Part shown: piece by piece, positions 7,651 to 17,547 of the stretch
Numbering within the stretch: the first letter of the stretch is position 1
Layout of the letters: every line of letters starts with the position of its first letter
Source: a virus
Lineage: Duplodnaviria > Heunggongvirae > Uroviricota > Caudoviricetes
Strand: one strand, 5' to 3'
IMG/VR virus record: IMGVR_UViG_3300045988_014132
Coordinates: 1 to 22,620 of that record
Length of the DNA: 22,620 bases
Made by a program: the position numbers and the translations under genes
The notes under the pieces: generated by a model
What the model was told of the DNA's origin: nothing
What the model saw: the letters and a program-made list of their open reading frames with translations, nothing else
Database searches by the model: none

Positions 7651-9816
7651 ATGGCCGACGAAAACAGACTCAATTCCATTCTGTGTAAGTTTGACGCAGA
7701 CTGGATGGCGAGCGATGAAGCCAGAACCGAGGCGACAAATGACCTGTATTTTAGCCGAGTGTCGCAATGGGATGACTGGCTATCAAACTACACGACCCTG
7801 CAATATCGCGGACAATTCGATGTTGTTCGCCCGGTGGTCAGGAAACTGGTCGCAGAGATGCGCCGGAACCCTATCGACGTTCTCTTCCGACCCAAAGACG
7901 GCGCTAATCCTGATGCAGCCGATGTGTTGATGGGAATGTATCGTACTGATATGCGCCATAATACGGCAAAAATTGCCGTTAACGTTGGCGTTCGTGAGCA
8001 GATAGAGTCCGGCGTTGGTGCATGGCGTCTGGTCACGCAGTACGAAGACAACGATCCAACAAGCAACAATCAGGTAATTCGACGCCTGCCAATTCATGAA
8101 GCCTGCTCACACGTCATATGGGACGCCAACAGCAAGCAGATGGATAAGAGCGATGCTAAGCACTGCACGGTGATTAACGCCTTGTCGCGCAATGGCTGGA
8201 AAGAGTTTGCAGAGGATTACGGTATTGATCCTGACACCCTGCCATCTTTCCGGAATCCGAACGACACATGGCTGTTTCCGTGGGTATCGAATGATGTCGT
8301 CTACGTCGCTGAGTATTACGAGGTCGAAGAGAAGAAGGAGAAGGTCTTCATCTACCGCGACCCGCTGACAGGTGAGCCGGTCAGCTATTACCAGCAGGAT
8401 ATCAAAGACGTCATCGACGACCTGGCTAATCGTGGATTCATTAAGGTAGCAGAGCGCAAGGTGAAGCGTCGGCGTGTGTATAAGTCGATTATCACCTGCA
8501 CGCAGATACTGAAAGACCGCGAGAAGATAGCCGGAGAGCATATTCCAATCGTTCCAGTGTATGGCGAATGGTCATTCGCTGGTGACAAGGAGTGCTACGA
8601 AGGAGTGGTAAGGCTGACGAAAGACGGTCAACGCCTTCGTAACATGATCATGTCATTCAACGCCGATATTGTTGCTCGTTCACCGAAGAAGAAACCGACC
8701 TTCTTCCCTGAGCAAATCGAAGGCTACGAATACATGTACGGTGGAAATGATGACTATCCGTACTATCTGCAGAACAGGACCGATGAAAACGGTAACGACC
8801 TGCCGATTGGTCCAATCTCCTACATGGAAAACCCTGAAGTGCCGCAAGCCAACGCTTATATGCTTGAGGCTGCCACCAACGCAGTGAAAGAGGTGGCTAG
8901 TCTTGGTGTGGATGCGCAGGCAGCAAACTCTCAGGTCGCTTTCGATACCGTCAATCAACTGAACATGCGGGCAGACCTTGAGACATACGTGTTTCAGGAT
9001 AACCTGGCTACCGCAATGCGACGTGATGGCGAGATTTATGCCTCAATGGTCAACGATATTTATGACGTTCCTCGTCATGTAACGCTGACACTTGAAGATG
9101 GAAGCGAGAAAGACGTTCAACTCTATGCGCAAGTTGTCGATTACCAGTCCGGCAATGTGGTCACACTCAACGACATTCGTGGTCGCTATGAGTGCTATAC
9201 AGACGTTGGACCATCCTTCCAGAGTATGAAGGAACAGAACCGCGCAGAGATTCAGGAGTTACTCACCAAGGTTCCGCAAGGTACTCCAGAGTTCCAGATG
9301 CTGATGCTGCAATACTTCACGCTCCTTGACGGTAAAGGCGTCGAGATGATGCGAGAGTACGCGAACAAGCAACTGGTGATGATGGGGCTGAAGAAACCAG
9401 AAACACCTGAAGAGATGGAGATGGTACAACAGGCACAACAACAGCCGCAGCAGCCATCAGCAGAGCAAATTCAGGCGCAGGGTATCCTTCTGCAAGGTCA
9501 GGCTGAATTGCTCAAGGCAGAGAACCAACAGGCACAGATTCAGGTTGAAGCCGCCAAGGTTGAAGCCCAAAACCAACTCAACGCCGCGAAGATTGCAGAA
9601 ATCTTCAACAATATGGACCTCGACAAGCAGGCAGAACTGCGTGAGTACCTCAAGCTAGTAGGTCAATTCCAGCAACAGCGCAGCAAAGATGCTCGTGCTA
9701 ACGCTGAGCTGCTTCTTAAAGATGCAGACCAGACTCATTCACAACGCATGGATTTCGCGAATCTTATGCGTCAAGTTCAAATCCCCTCCGGCGGAGTAGC
9801 CGAGACACCTCAATAA
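7651..9816 (+). CDS. 1: Portal protein (P22 gp1-like)
   Basis: 721-aa ORF immediately after the large terminase; Gln/Ala-rich C-terminal coiled-coil barrel region ([18 protein letters not shown]...), characteristic of P22-type portals. Confidence 0.9.
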   Translation: MADENRLNSILCKFDADWMASDEARTEATNDLYFSRVSQWDDWLSNYTTLQYRGQFDVVRPVVRKLVAEMRRNPIDVLFRPKDGANPDAADVLMGMYRTDMRHNTAKIAVNVGVREQIESGVGAWRLVTQYEDNDPTSNNQVIRRLPIHEACSHVIWDANSKQMDKSDAKHCTVINALSRNGWKEFAEDYGIDPDTLPSFRNPNDTWLFPWVSNDVVYVAEYYEVEEKKEKVFIYRDPLTGEPVSYYQQDIKDVIDDLANRGFIKVAERKVKRRRVYKSIITCTQILKDREKIAGEHIPIVPVYGEWSFAGDKECYEGVVRLTKDGQRLRNMIMSFNADIVARSPKKKPTFFPEQIEGYEYMYGGNDDYPYYLQNRTDENGNDLPIGPISYMENPEVPQANAYMLEAATNAVKEVASLGVDAQAANSQVAFDTVNQLNMRADLETYVFQDNLATAMRRDGEIYASMVNDIYDVPRHVTLTLEDGSEKDVQLYAQVVDYQSGNVVTLNDIRGRYECYTDVGPSFQSMKEQNRAEIQELLTKVPQGTPEFQMLMLQYFTLLDGKGVEMMREYANKQLVMMGLKKPETPEEMEMVQQAQQQPQQPSAEQIQAQGILLQGQAELLKAENQQAQIQVEAAKVEAQNQLNAAKIAEIFNNMDLDKQAELREYLKLVGQFQQQRSKDARANAELLLKDADQTHSQRMDFANLMRQVQIPSGGVAETPQ

Positions 9817-9829
9817 GAGAGAGTTAATC

Positions 9830-10741
9830 ATGGACCAAACCACCGACATTCAGGCTTCTGAAGAATTAACCCTGCCCAGCAATCATGCAGCGGCATCTGC
9901 TGATGGCTTAGTTGTCGATAATGCCAACGACAACGCAGGTCAGGAAGAAGGCTTCGAGATTGTCCTGAAAGACGATGAGAAACCAAAACAAGACCCGGCA
10001 ACTAATGCTGAATTTGCCCGTCGCCGCATCGAACGCAAACGCCAGCGTGAGCTTGAGCAGCAGATGGAAGCGGTTAAGCGTGGAGAGTTGCCGGAGCACC
10101 TGCGGGTGAACCCTGAGTTACCAAAACAACCAGACCCTAACGATTATCTTTCCGAAGATGCACTGGCTAAGTACGACTATGACCAGAGCCGCGCACTGGC
10201 TGCCTTCCAGCAGGCAAACAGTGAATGGCAGATCAAGGCTATGGACGCACGAAGCCAGGCTGTCGCCGAGCAGGGTCGCAAAACTCAGGAGTTCACCCAG
10301 CAATCAGCGCAATACGTCGAGGCAGCCCGTAAGCACTACGACGCAGCGGAAAAGCTCAATATCCCTGACTATCAGGAGAAAGAGGATGCATTCATGCAAC
10401 TGGTGCCGCCAGCAGTCGGTGCCGACATCATGCGCCTCTTCCCGGAGAAATCCGCTGCTCTCATGTATCACCTTGGTGCTAATCCTGAGAAAACACGCCA
10501 GTTGCTGGCGATGGACGGGCAATCCGCGCTGATTGAACTCACTCGACTGTCAGAACGTTTAACTCTCAAGCCTCGAGCCAAGCCTGTTTCAGAAGCCCCG
10601 TTACCTGATGAACCCATTCAGGGACACGCTGTTGCTGCAAATATCTCTGCGATTGAAAAGCAGATGGAGGCGGCAGCAAACAAAGGGGATGTAGAGACGT
10701 ACCGCAAGCTCAAGGCGCAACTGAATAAAGGAATTCGATAA
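9830..10741 (+). CDS. 8: Scaffolding protein (P22 gp8-like)
   Basis: 303-aa ORF (P22 gp8 length), highly charged and helical, between portal and coat; stop overlaps coat start (TAATG). Confidence 0.85.
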   Translation: MDQTTDIQASEELTLPSNHAAASADGLVVDNANDNAGQEEGFEIVLKDDEKPKQDPATNAEFARRRIERKRQRELEQQMEAVKRGELPEHLRVNPELPKQPDPNDYLSEDALAKYDYDQSRALAAFQQANSEWQIKAMDARSQAVAEQGRKTQEFTQQSAQYVEAARKHYDAAEKLNIPDYQEKEDAFMQLVPPAVGADIMRLFPEKSAALMYHLGANPEKTRQLLAMDGQSALIELTRLSERLTLKPRAKPVSEAPLPDEPIQGHAVAANISAIEKQMEAAANKGDVETYRKLKAQLNKGIR

Positions 10742-12036
10742 TGGCATTAAATGAAGGTCAACTGGTCACGTATGCTCTGGATGAAATCATCGAAACCGTC
10801 CAGAACCTGACGCCAATGGCGTCCAAAGTGACAAAATACACCCCTCCGGCAGAATCCATGCAGCGTTCAAGCAACACCGTATGGATGCCTGTTGAGCAGG
10901 AAGCGCCAACCCAGACTGGCTGGGATTTAACTGGCAACGCAACCGGGATTCTGGAACTCTCCGTAAAATGCAACATGGGCGATCCGGATAACGATTTCTT
11001 CGAGCTTCGTGCAGATGACCTGCGTGATGAGCGTTCTTACCGTCGCCGCATCCAGGCATCCGCCAAAAAACTGGCGAATAACATTGAGTCAGCAATTGCC
11101 AAACAGGCAACCGAAATGGGCTCACTTGTTGTTCACGATACCCGCGCAATTGGTCCATCTACTGGCCTGTCTGGCTGGGATTTTGTGTCTGATGCAGAGC
11201 GCCTGATGTTCTCCCGTGAGCTAAACCGCGATATGGGCATCAGTTACTTCCTGAACCCTGACGATTACCGCAAAGCAGGCCGCAACCTGGTAGATGGTGA
11301 CATCTTTGGGCGCGTTACTGAAGACGCGTATCGCAACGGTACTATTCAGCGTCAGATTGCTGGCTTTGATGAAATTCTTCGCTCACCGAAACTTCCGGCA
11401 GTTACCAAGTCAACCGCTACTGGTGTAACTGTTTCTGGTGCGCAGAAGTTTAAGCCGCAGGCATACACCCTTGATACCGATGGTAACAAAGAGAACGTCG
11501 ACAACCGTGTTGCAACGGTGACCGTATCCTCCACCACCGGATTTAAGCGCGGCGACAAAATCAGTTTCACTGGTGTGAAATTCCTGTCTCAGATGGCGAA
11601 GAACGTGCTGACTGATGATGCGACTTTCTCAATCACCCGTGTGATCGATGGTACTCACATCGAAATCACGCCGAAGCCGATTGCGCTGGATGACGCGTCA
11701 CTGACAAAAGAAGAGAAGGCTTACGCTAACGTAAACACCTCTCTTGCTGATACCACTCCGGTAAACGTTCTGAACGTGGCAACAACCACCGCTAACGTGT
11801 TCTGGGCTGATGACTCAATCCGACTGCTGTCTCAGCCTATCCCGGTAACCCATGAACTGTTTGCTGGCATGAAAACGTCTTCCTTCAGCATTCCTGGTAT
11901 TGGTGTTAACGGCATCTTCGCAACGCAGGGTGATATCAACACTCTGTCTGGTAAGTGCCGTATTGCTGTGTGGTATTCAGCATGTGCTGTACGACCAGAG
12001 GCAATTGGTGTTGGTCTGCCTAACCAGACTGCGTGA
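10741..12036 (+). CDS. 5: Major capsid (coat) protein (P22 gp5-like, HK97 fold with I-domain)
   Basis: 431-aa [39 protein letters not shown]...[31 protein letters not shown]; closely matches P22 coat protein as recalled. Confidence 0.95.
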   Translation: MALNEGQLVTYALDEIIETVQNLTPMASKVTKYTPPAESMQRSSNTVWMPVEQEAPTQTGWDLTGNATGILELSVKCNMGDPDNDFFELRADDLRDERSYRRRIQASAKKLANNIESAIAKQATEMGSLVVHDTRAIGPSTGLSGWDFVSDAERLMFSRELNRDMGISYFLNPDDYRKAGRNLVDGDIFGRVTEDAYRNGTIQRQIAGFDEILRSPKLPAVTKSTATGVTVSGAQKFKPQAYTLDTDGNKENVDNRVATVTVSSTTGFKRGDKISFTGVKFLSQMAKNVLTDDATFSITRVIDGTHIEITPKPIALDDASLTKEEKAYANVNTSLADTTPVNVLNVATTTANVFWADDSIRLLSQPIPVTHELFAGMKTSSFSIPGIGVNGIFATQGDINTLSGKCRIAVWYSACAVRPEAIGVGLPNQTA

Positions 12037-12043
12037 TAACCAG

Positions 12044-12068
12044 AGGGAGCTTCGGCTCCCTTTTTTAT
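12044..12068 (+). terminator. Intrinsic terminator after the coat gene
   Basis: agggagc-ttcg-gctccct GC-rich hairpin with tetraloop, followed by TTTTTTAT; 8 nt after the coat stop. Confidence 0.8.
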
Positions 12069-12080
12069 CTGGAGACAAGC

Positions 12081-12311
12081 ATGACACACATGATCTTTCG
12101 TCATGGCGACATGAAGAAGTGGAAAGGCGTTGGCTACGACTTTGAAATCGTGAAAGCCGAAGAGCTTCAGGAATATCTGGATGCTGGTTGGTTTTCACAT
12201 CCTGATGACCTTTTGAAGGATGTTGCAGAGCCAGAGCCAGAAGAAAAACAGCGTAAAAAGCCTGGTCGAAAACCTAAGGCGGCAGCAGATGAACCTGACA
12301 ACGAAGGGTGA
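12081..12311 (+). CDS. Hypothetical protein (76 aa) with Lys/Pro-rich, acidic-flanked C-terminal tail
   Basis: GGAGA at 12071-12075, 5 nt before ATG 12081; [32 protein letters not shown]...[23 protein letters not shown]; the longer track ORF from 12033 would begin inside the terminator, so 12081 is preferred; 3' end overlaps gp4 start by 23 nt. Confidence 0.6.
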   Translation: MTHMIFRHGDMKKWKGVGYDFEIVKAEELQEYLDAGWFSHPDDLLKDVAEPEPEEKQRKKPGRKPKAAADEPDNEG

Positions 12312-12789
12312 TTTAGTCCTTGCAGCATTACGTAAGCTCGGTGTTGCATCAAATGCCACGTTAACCGATGTCGAACCGCAGTCTATGGAAGACGGGGTCA
12401 ACGACCTTGAAATGATGATGGCTGAATGGCTTGGCGGTGATGCGTCACCTGGGATCAACGTTGGCTACATTTTCGCTGATGCAGATGTCGCTCCAGATCC
12501 GGGTGATGAGCACGGTTTATCAAATAACGCTATCAATGCCGTCATTTTCAACCTTGCCTGCCGCATTGCTCCAGATTATGCGCTGGAAGCCTCTACAAAA
12601 CTTATAACCACTGCCAGATACGGGAAAGAGCGACTCGTCAAACTGTCTGCAATGGACAGAGCAAAAGCCGCTAAATGTAAGTCCGGTTATCCAAACCGTA
12701 TGCCTGTTGGTAGCGGTAATCAGTTGGCGAAGTGGAACGGTTGGAATTACTTCCACCGGAAGGAACCTTGCGATAACGGGAGCGAATAA
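12289..12789 (+). CDS. 4: Head completion / tail adaptor protein (P22 gp4-like)
   Basis: Track ORF starts at 12220, but P22 gp4 (166 aa) aligns from the internal Met: [33 protein letters not shown]...; AAGGCGG upstream of ATG 12289. Confidence 0.8.
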   Translation: MNLTTKGDLVLAALRKLGVASNATLTDVEPQSMEDGVNDLEMMMAEWLGGDASPGINVGYIFADADVAPDPGDEHGLSNNAINAVIFNLACRIAPDYALEASTKLITTARYGKERLVKLSAMDRAKAAKCKSGYPNRMPVGSGNQLAKWNGWNYFHRKEPCDNGSE

Positions 12790-14208
12790 ATGCCGATTCA
12801 GCAACTTCCGCTTATGAAAGGTGTCGGCAAAGACTTTCGAAACGCCGACTATATCGACTATCTGCCAGTGAATATGCTGGCAACCCCCAAAGAAATCCTC
12901 AACAGCAGTGGATATCTTCGCTCATTCCCTGGCATTGCCAAACGCTCTGATGTGAACGGTGTATCTCGCGGCGTCGAGTACAACATGGCGCAGAGTGCTG
13001 TTTATCGCGTGTGTGGTGGGAAGCTTTACAAAGGCGAAAGCGAAGTCGGTGACGTCTCCGGAAGTGGTCGCGTATCAATGGCGCATGGTCGGACATCTCA
13101 GGCTGTAGGCGTTAATGGTCAACTGGTAGAGTATCGTTATGATGGCACGGTTAAAACCGTCTCAAACTGGCCTACAAACAGCGGATTCACGCAGTATGAG
13201 TTAGGCTCGGTCCGCGACATTACGCGCTTACGTGGGCGTTATGCGTGGTCAAAAGACGGAACTGATTCATGGTTTATCACTGACCCTGAAGACGAATCGC
13301 ATCCTGACCGCTACAGCGCACAATATCGTGCCGAGTCGCAGCCTGACGGCATCATCGGAATCGGAACATGGCGAGACTTCATCGTCTGCTTTGGTTCATC
13401 GACGATTGAATATTTCTCCCTGACTGGTGCAACCACCGTTGGTGCCGCGTTGTATGTCGCACAGCCATCGCTGATGGTGCAGAAAGGTATTGCCGGGACT
13501 TACTGCAAAACGCCGTTTGCTGATTCGTATGCGTTCATCAGCAATCCGGCAACAGGTGCGCCGTCTGTATACATCATCGGCTCCGGTCAGGTATCACCAA
13601 TCGCCAGCGCGAGCATTGAGAAAATTCTCCGCTCCTACACTGCTGATGAACTGGCTGATGGTGTGATGGAATCGCTGCGATTTGATGCGCATGAGTTGCT
13701 GATTATCCACCTTCCGCGCCATGTTCTTGTTTACGACGCATCTTCAAGCTCCAATGGTCCGCAATGGTGTGTACTGAAAACAGGCCTGTATGACGATGTG
13801 TACCGCGCTATCGACTTCATTTACGAAGACAATCAGATAACGTGCGGCGATAAACTGGAATCGGTTACCGGCAAATTGCAGTTCGATATCAGCAGCCAGT
13901 ACGACAAGCAACAGGAACACCTGCTGTTTACTCCGTTGTTCAAAGCGGATAACGCCAGAGTTTTCGACCTTGAAGTTGAATCTTCAACTGGCGTTGCGCA
14001 GTATGCTGACCGCCTTTTTCTCTCTGCAACCACTGACGGCATCAATTACGGGCGTGAGCAGATGATTGAGCAGAATGAACCGTTCGTTTACGACAAGCGT
14101 GTTTTGTGGAAGAGAGTAGGGCGCATCAGGAAAAATGTCGGCTTCAAATTGCGCGTTATCACGAAGTCACCTGTCACTCTGTCTGGCGCTCAGATAAGGA
14201 TTGAGTAA
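12790..14208 (+). CDS. 10: Tail hub / head completion protein (P22 gp10-like)
   Basis: 472-aa ORF (P22 gp10 length) [49 protein letters not shown]...; strong match to P22 gp10 as recalled. Confidence 0.9.
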   Translation: MPIQQLPLMKGVGKDFRNADYIDYLPVNMLATPKEILNSSGYLRSFPGIAKRSDVNGVSRGVEYNMAQSAVYRVCGGKLYKGESEVGDVSGSGRVSMAHGRTSQAVGVNGQLVEYRYDGTVKTVSNWPTNSGFTQYELGSVRDITRLRGRYAWSKDGTDSWFITDPEDESHPDRYSAQYRAESQPDGIIGIGTWRDFIVCFGSSTIEYFSLTGATTVGAALYVAQPSLMVQKGIAGTYCKTPFADSYAFISNPATGAPSVYIIGSGQVSPIASASIEKILRSYTADELADGVMESLRFDAHELLIIHLPRHVLVYDASSSSNGPQWCVLKTGLYDDVYRAIDFIYEDNQITCGDKLESVTGKLQFDISSQYDKQQEHLLFTPLFKADNARVFDLEVESSTGVAQYADRLFLSATTDGINYGREQMIEQNEPFVYDKRVLWKRVGRIRKNVGFKLRVITKSPVTLSGAQIRIE

Positions 14209-15056
14209 TGGCGGATTCGAATCTCAATGTGCCTGTAATCATTCAGGCTACACGGCTCGACACATCAGTCCTTCCACGCAATATCTTCTCGCAGTCGTAT
14301 CTGCTTTACGTTATCGCACAGGGAACTGATGTTGGTAACGTGGCTAACAAGGCCAACGAGGCCGGACAGGGCGCTTATGATGCACAGGTCAGGAACGATG
14401 AGCAGGATGTGATTCTCGCTGACCATGAGCAGCGAATTTCTGCTGCGGAAGCAACGCTTGTTAATCATGAGGAGCGAATCAGCCAGGCAGAATCAACCCT
14501 TCAGGAACATGAAACACGAATAGCTCAGAATGAAAGCGATATTGCGTCGCTTGATACCAGAGTTCAGTCGCTGGAATCGCAGGTTTCAGACCATGAAACG
14601 CGCATTGATGCTCTGGAGTATGCCACTACTCGCAAAAAGTCAGAGGTTGTTTACTCTGGCGTATCAGTAACCATCCCGACAGCGCCGACCAACCTTGTTA
14701 GCCTGCTGAAAACGCTCACGCCGTCATCAGGCTCGTTGGCACCATTCTTCGACACCGTTAACAACAAGATGGTTGTGTTCAACGAGAACAAAACCTTGTT
14801 CTTCAAGCTGTCGATCGTCGGGACGTGGCCCAGCGGAACCGCCAACAGGTCAATGCAGCTAACATTTTCCGGTTCTGTTCCTGACACACTGGTAAGCAGT
14901 CGCAACTCGGCGACAACAACCGATAACATCTTGTTAGCTACGTTCTTCAGCGTGGATAAAGACGGCTTTCTTGCCACAAATGGCAGTACGTTAACTATTC
15001 AGTCAAATGGGGCGGCGTTTACTGCCACAACCATCAAGATAATCTCGGAGCAGTAA
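14208..15056 (+). CDS. 26: Tail needle (P22 gp26-like) with extended C-terminal knob domain
   Basis: N-terminus [43 protein letters not shown] matches the gp26 needle; heptad-like repeats (HEQRIS, HEERIS, HETRIA, HETRID) in the shaft; 282 aa versus 233 aa in P22, so an added C-terminal knob as in Sf6/HK620-type needles. Confidence 0.85.
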   Translation: MADSNLNVPVIIQATRLDTSVLPRNIFSQSYLLYVIAQGTDVGNVANKANEAGQGAYDAQVRNDEQDVILADHEQRISAAEATLVNHEERISQAESTLQEHETRIAQNESDIASLDTRVQSLESQVSDHETRIDALEYATTRKKSEVVYSGVSVTIPTAPTNLVSLLKTLTPSSGSLAPFFDTVNNKMVVFNENKTLFFKLSIVGTWPSGTANRSMQLTFSGSVPDTLVSSRNSATTTDNILLATFFSVDKDGFLATNGSTLTIQSNGAAFTATTIKIISEQ

Positions 15057-15511
15057 TGATTCAGTTCAAACCAACGCGAAACATCGACTTGATCGAAGCA
15101 GTCGGAAATCACCCTGACATTATTGCCGGAAGCAACAACGGTGATGGATACGACTACAAGCCTGAATGCCGTTACTTTGAGGTTAACGTGCACGGTCAGT
15201 TTGGCGGAATTGTTTACTATCAGGAGATTCAGCCGCTGACATTCGATTGCCACGCCATGTACCTGCCAGAGATTCGCGGCTTCAGCAAGGAAATCGGGCT
15301 GGCGTTCTGGCGATACATTCTGACTAACACCACCGTTCAGTGCGTCACATCGTTCGCTGCACGCAAATTCCGCCACGGGCAGATGTACTGCGCAATGATT
15401 GGCCTTAAGCGTGTAGGAACCATCAAGAAATACTTCAAAGGCGTGGATGACGTGACATTTTACAGCGCCACACGCGAAGAACTAATCGACTTCCTGAATC
15501 ACGGGAGATAG
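15056..15511 (+). CDS. gp14-like virion assembly / ejection-associated protein
   Basis: 151-aa ORF in the position of P22 gene 14 (between needle and gp7); assignment by synteny only. Confidence 0.55.
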   Translation: MIQFKPTRNIDLIEAVGNHPDIIAGSNNGDGYDYKPECRYFEVNVHGQFGGIVYYQEIQPLTFDCHAMYLPEIRGFSKEIGLAFWRYILTNTTVQCVTSFAARKFRHGQMYCAMIGLKRVGTIKKYFKGVDDVTFYSATREELIDFLNHGR

Positions 15512-15513
15512 CC

Positions 15514-16206
15514 ATGTTATATGCATTTAAGCTTGGCAGAAAACTGCGCGGCGAGGAACCTTATTGCCCTGAAAAAGGCGGGAAAGGTGGCAGCTCTGAT
15601 AAAAGCGCAAAGTATGCAGCAGAAGCTCAGAAGTATGCCGCAGACCTGCAAAATCAGCAGTGGCAGACGATCATGAAAAACCTTGCTCCGTTCACGCCTC
15701 TTGCGGAGCAGTATGTTAACCAGCTTCAGAACCTTTCCAGTTTAGAAGGTCAGGGGCAGGCACTTAATCAGTATTACAACTCTCAGCAGTATAAAGACCT
15801 TGCAGGTCAGGCTCGTTACCAGAGTCTTGCTGCTGCGGAGGCGACTGGCGGACTTGGTTCGACAGCTACAAGCAATCAACTGGCTACGATTGCTCCGACT
15901 CTCGGTCAGTCGTGGTTATCAAACCAGATGAGCAATTACAACAATCTGGCAAACGTTGGGCTTGGTGCGCTGCAAGGTCAGGCAAACGCTGGGCAGACAT
16001 ACGCCAACAACATGAGCAGCATTGCACAGCAAAGTGCAGCACTTGCCGCTGCTAATGCCAATAAACCATCAAGTCTTCAGACTGCAATTAGCGGTGGCAC
16101 GTCTGGTGCGATTGCCGGTGCAGGTCTTGCCAGTCTTTTGGGAACATCAACGCCTTGGGGCGCTGGCATTGGTGCTGGTATCGGATTGCTTGGCTCGTTG
16201 TTTTAA
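15514..16206 (+). CDS. Ejection (internal virion) protein, P22 gp7-like
   Basis: 230-aa ORF (P22 gp7 is 229 aa); Gln/Asn-rich, with Gly/Ala-rich hydrophobic C-terminus (GAIAGAGLASLLG...GAGIGAGIGLLGSLF); synteny. Confidence 0.75.
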   Translation: MLYAFKLGRKLRGEEPYCPEKGGKGGSSDKSAKYAAEAQKYAADLQNQQWQTIMKNLAPFTPLAEQYVNQLQNLSSLEGQGQALNQYYNSQQYKDLAGQARYQSLAAAEATGGLGSTATSNQLATIAPTLGQSWLSNQMSNYNNLANVGLGALQGQANAGQTYANNMSSIAQQSAALAAANANKPSSLQTAISGGTSGAIAGAGLASLLGTSTPWGAGIGAGIGLLGSLF

Positions 16207-16215
16207 GGGGTAATC

Positions 16216-17547
16216 ATGGCTACTTGGCAAGGAACAAACGGCGGATTGTTGGCTGGTATCGGTGGTGTCAACTCAAACGCTCCGAGCGTAAATGACATCG
16301 GCAATACGCTTCAGCTTATCAGGCGGAACAATGATATTGAGCGTTCAGGCGCTAACAATGTTGGGCTGACTGCTTTGCAAGGCCTTTCAGGTATTGCGGG
16401 GGTGTTTCAGCAGGAAAAGCAGGCTCAGCGGCAGAAAGAATTTCAGCAGGCATACGCTAATGCTTATGCGTCTGGTGATCGCGGTGCTTTGCGTCAGTTG
16501 GCTACTCAATATCCAGACCAGATTGAATCCGTTCGTAAAGGCATGGGATTCATTGATGAAGACCAGCGTAATTCTATCGGCACCTTAGCGGCTGGCGCAC
16601 GCCTTGCGTCATCGTCTCCAGAAGCAATGCAATCATGGCTGCAAAACAACGCCGGTGAGTTAGCTCGTGTTGGCGTTAATCCTCATGACGTCGCTCAGAT
16701 GTACCAACAGAACCCGCGGCAGTTCGGCGAATTTGTCGATCACCTGGGGATGAACAGTCTCGGGCCCGAAAAATACTTTGACCTACAGGATAAAATGCAG
16801 GGTCGCCAGGTTACCATGCGCGGTCAGGATCTGGATTCGCAAACCGCCGCTCGGAATCAGGCAATCACAATGCGCGGACAAGATATCCAGGCGAATTTAG
16901 GTCAGCAGCGCATTAATCTGGACGCAGAAACAAACCGCATTAACAACGAAAATAAGCGCCTTGACCGGATGCTATCAGCAGAAACTAACGACCTGAAGCG
17001 CCAGGAAATACAGAGCCGCATAGCAGCCAACAACCAGCAGTTGCAGCAGAAGCAGCAAGCGCTAAATGATGGCTACAAAGACGGCATCAACACCCTCACA
17101 ACCAGCATGTTCACTCTGAACGATATCGTTAGTTCTCCTTCACTTAAGAGCATTACAGGCTTACGTGGAGTAATCCCCAACGTTCCAGGCTCACAGGCTG
17201 CAGACACTCAGGCACGACTTGATACCTTTAAATCACAAGCATACCTGACAGCGGTTCAGGCCATGCGAGGCATGGGCGCACTTTCTGATGCCGAGGGCAA
17301 AAAGCTCGACCAGGCTGTTGGTTCGCTGCAGAACTCGCAGAGCGAGGAGTCCTTTCGTCGCAACGCTGGCGTCATCCTGAACACGCTCAACCAGAAGCGT
17401 AATGAGGCGGTTGGTAAGTACGTTCAGCAAAACGGTATCAAGCGAGTGGAAGCGCCTCAGGCTTCTATAGATTACCTGAAGCAGCACCCCGAGCTGTCAA
17501 TCGACTTCATTAATCGCTACGGATATCTTCCATCTTTGGGGCAGTAA
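16216..17547 (+). CDS. Ejection protein, P22 gp20-like
   Basis: 443-aa ORF in the gp20 position; Gln-rich, coiled-coil-like segments; synteny. Confidence 0.7.
   Translation: MATWQGTNGGLLAGIGGVNSNAPSVNDIGNTLQLIRRNNDIERSGANNVGLTALQGLSGIAGVFQQEKQAQRQKEFQQAYANAYASGDRGALRQLATQYPDQIESVRKGMGFIDEDQRNSIGTLAAGARLASSSPEAMQSWLQNNAGELARVGVNPHDVAQMYQQNPRQFGEFVDHLGMNSLGPEKYFDLQDKMQGRQVTMRGQDLDSQTAARNQAITMRGQDIQANLGQQRINLDAETNRINNENKRLDRMLSAETNDLKRQEIQSRIAANNQQLQQKQQALNDGYKDGINTLTTSMFTLNDIVSSPSLKSITGLRGVIPNVPGSQAADTQARLDTFKSQAYLTAVQAMRGMGALSDAEGKKLDQAVGSLQNSQSEESFRRNAGVILNTLNQKRNEAVGKYVQQNGIKRVEAPQASIDYLKQHPELSIDFINRYGYLPSLGQ

Noticed and set aside
6254-12198. Many 60-144 aa ORFs on both strands overlapping the terminase, portal, scaffold and coat genes (for example 8107-8541 -, 6349-6654 -, 10787-11158 -, 11900-12145 +).
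   Set aside because: Each is embedded in a gene whose product matches a known P22-family protein over its full length; they are byproducts of long ORFs on the opposite strand or other frames.
12033-12288. Longer track ORFs starting at 12033 and at 12220.
   Set aside because: The 12033 start lies inside the coat terminator hairpin with no RBS; the in-frame ATG at 12081 has GGAGA upstream. The 12220 start adds 23 residues not found in gp4, whose conserved N-terminus begins at the Met at 12289.
16022-16588. Track ORFs 16022-16213 (+) and 16394-16588 (+) as separate small genes in the ejection-protein region.
   Set aside because: Both are alternative-frame ORFs inside the gp7-like and gp20-like genes with Leu/Arg-rich composition; no independent support.
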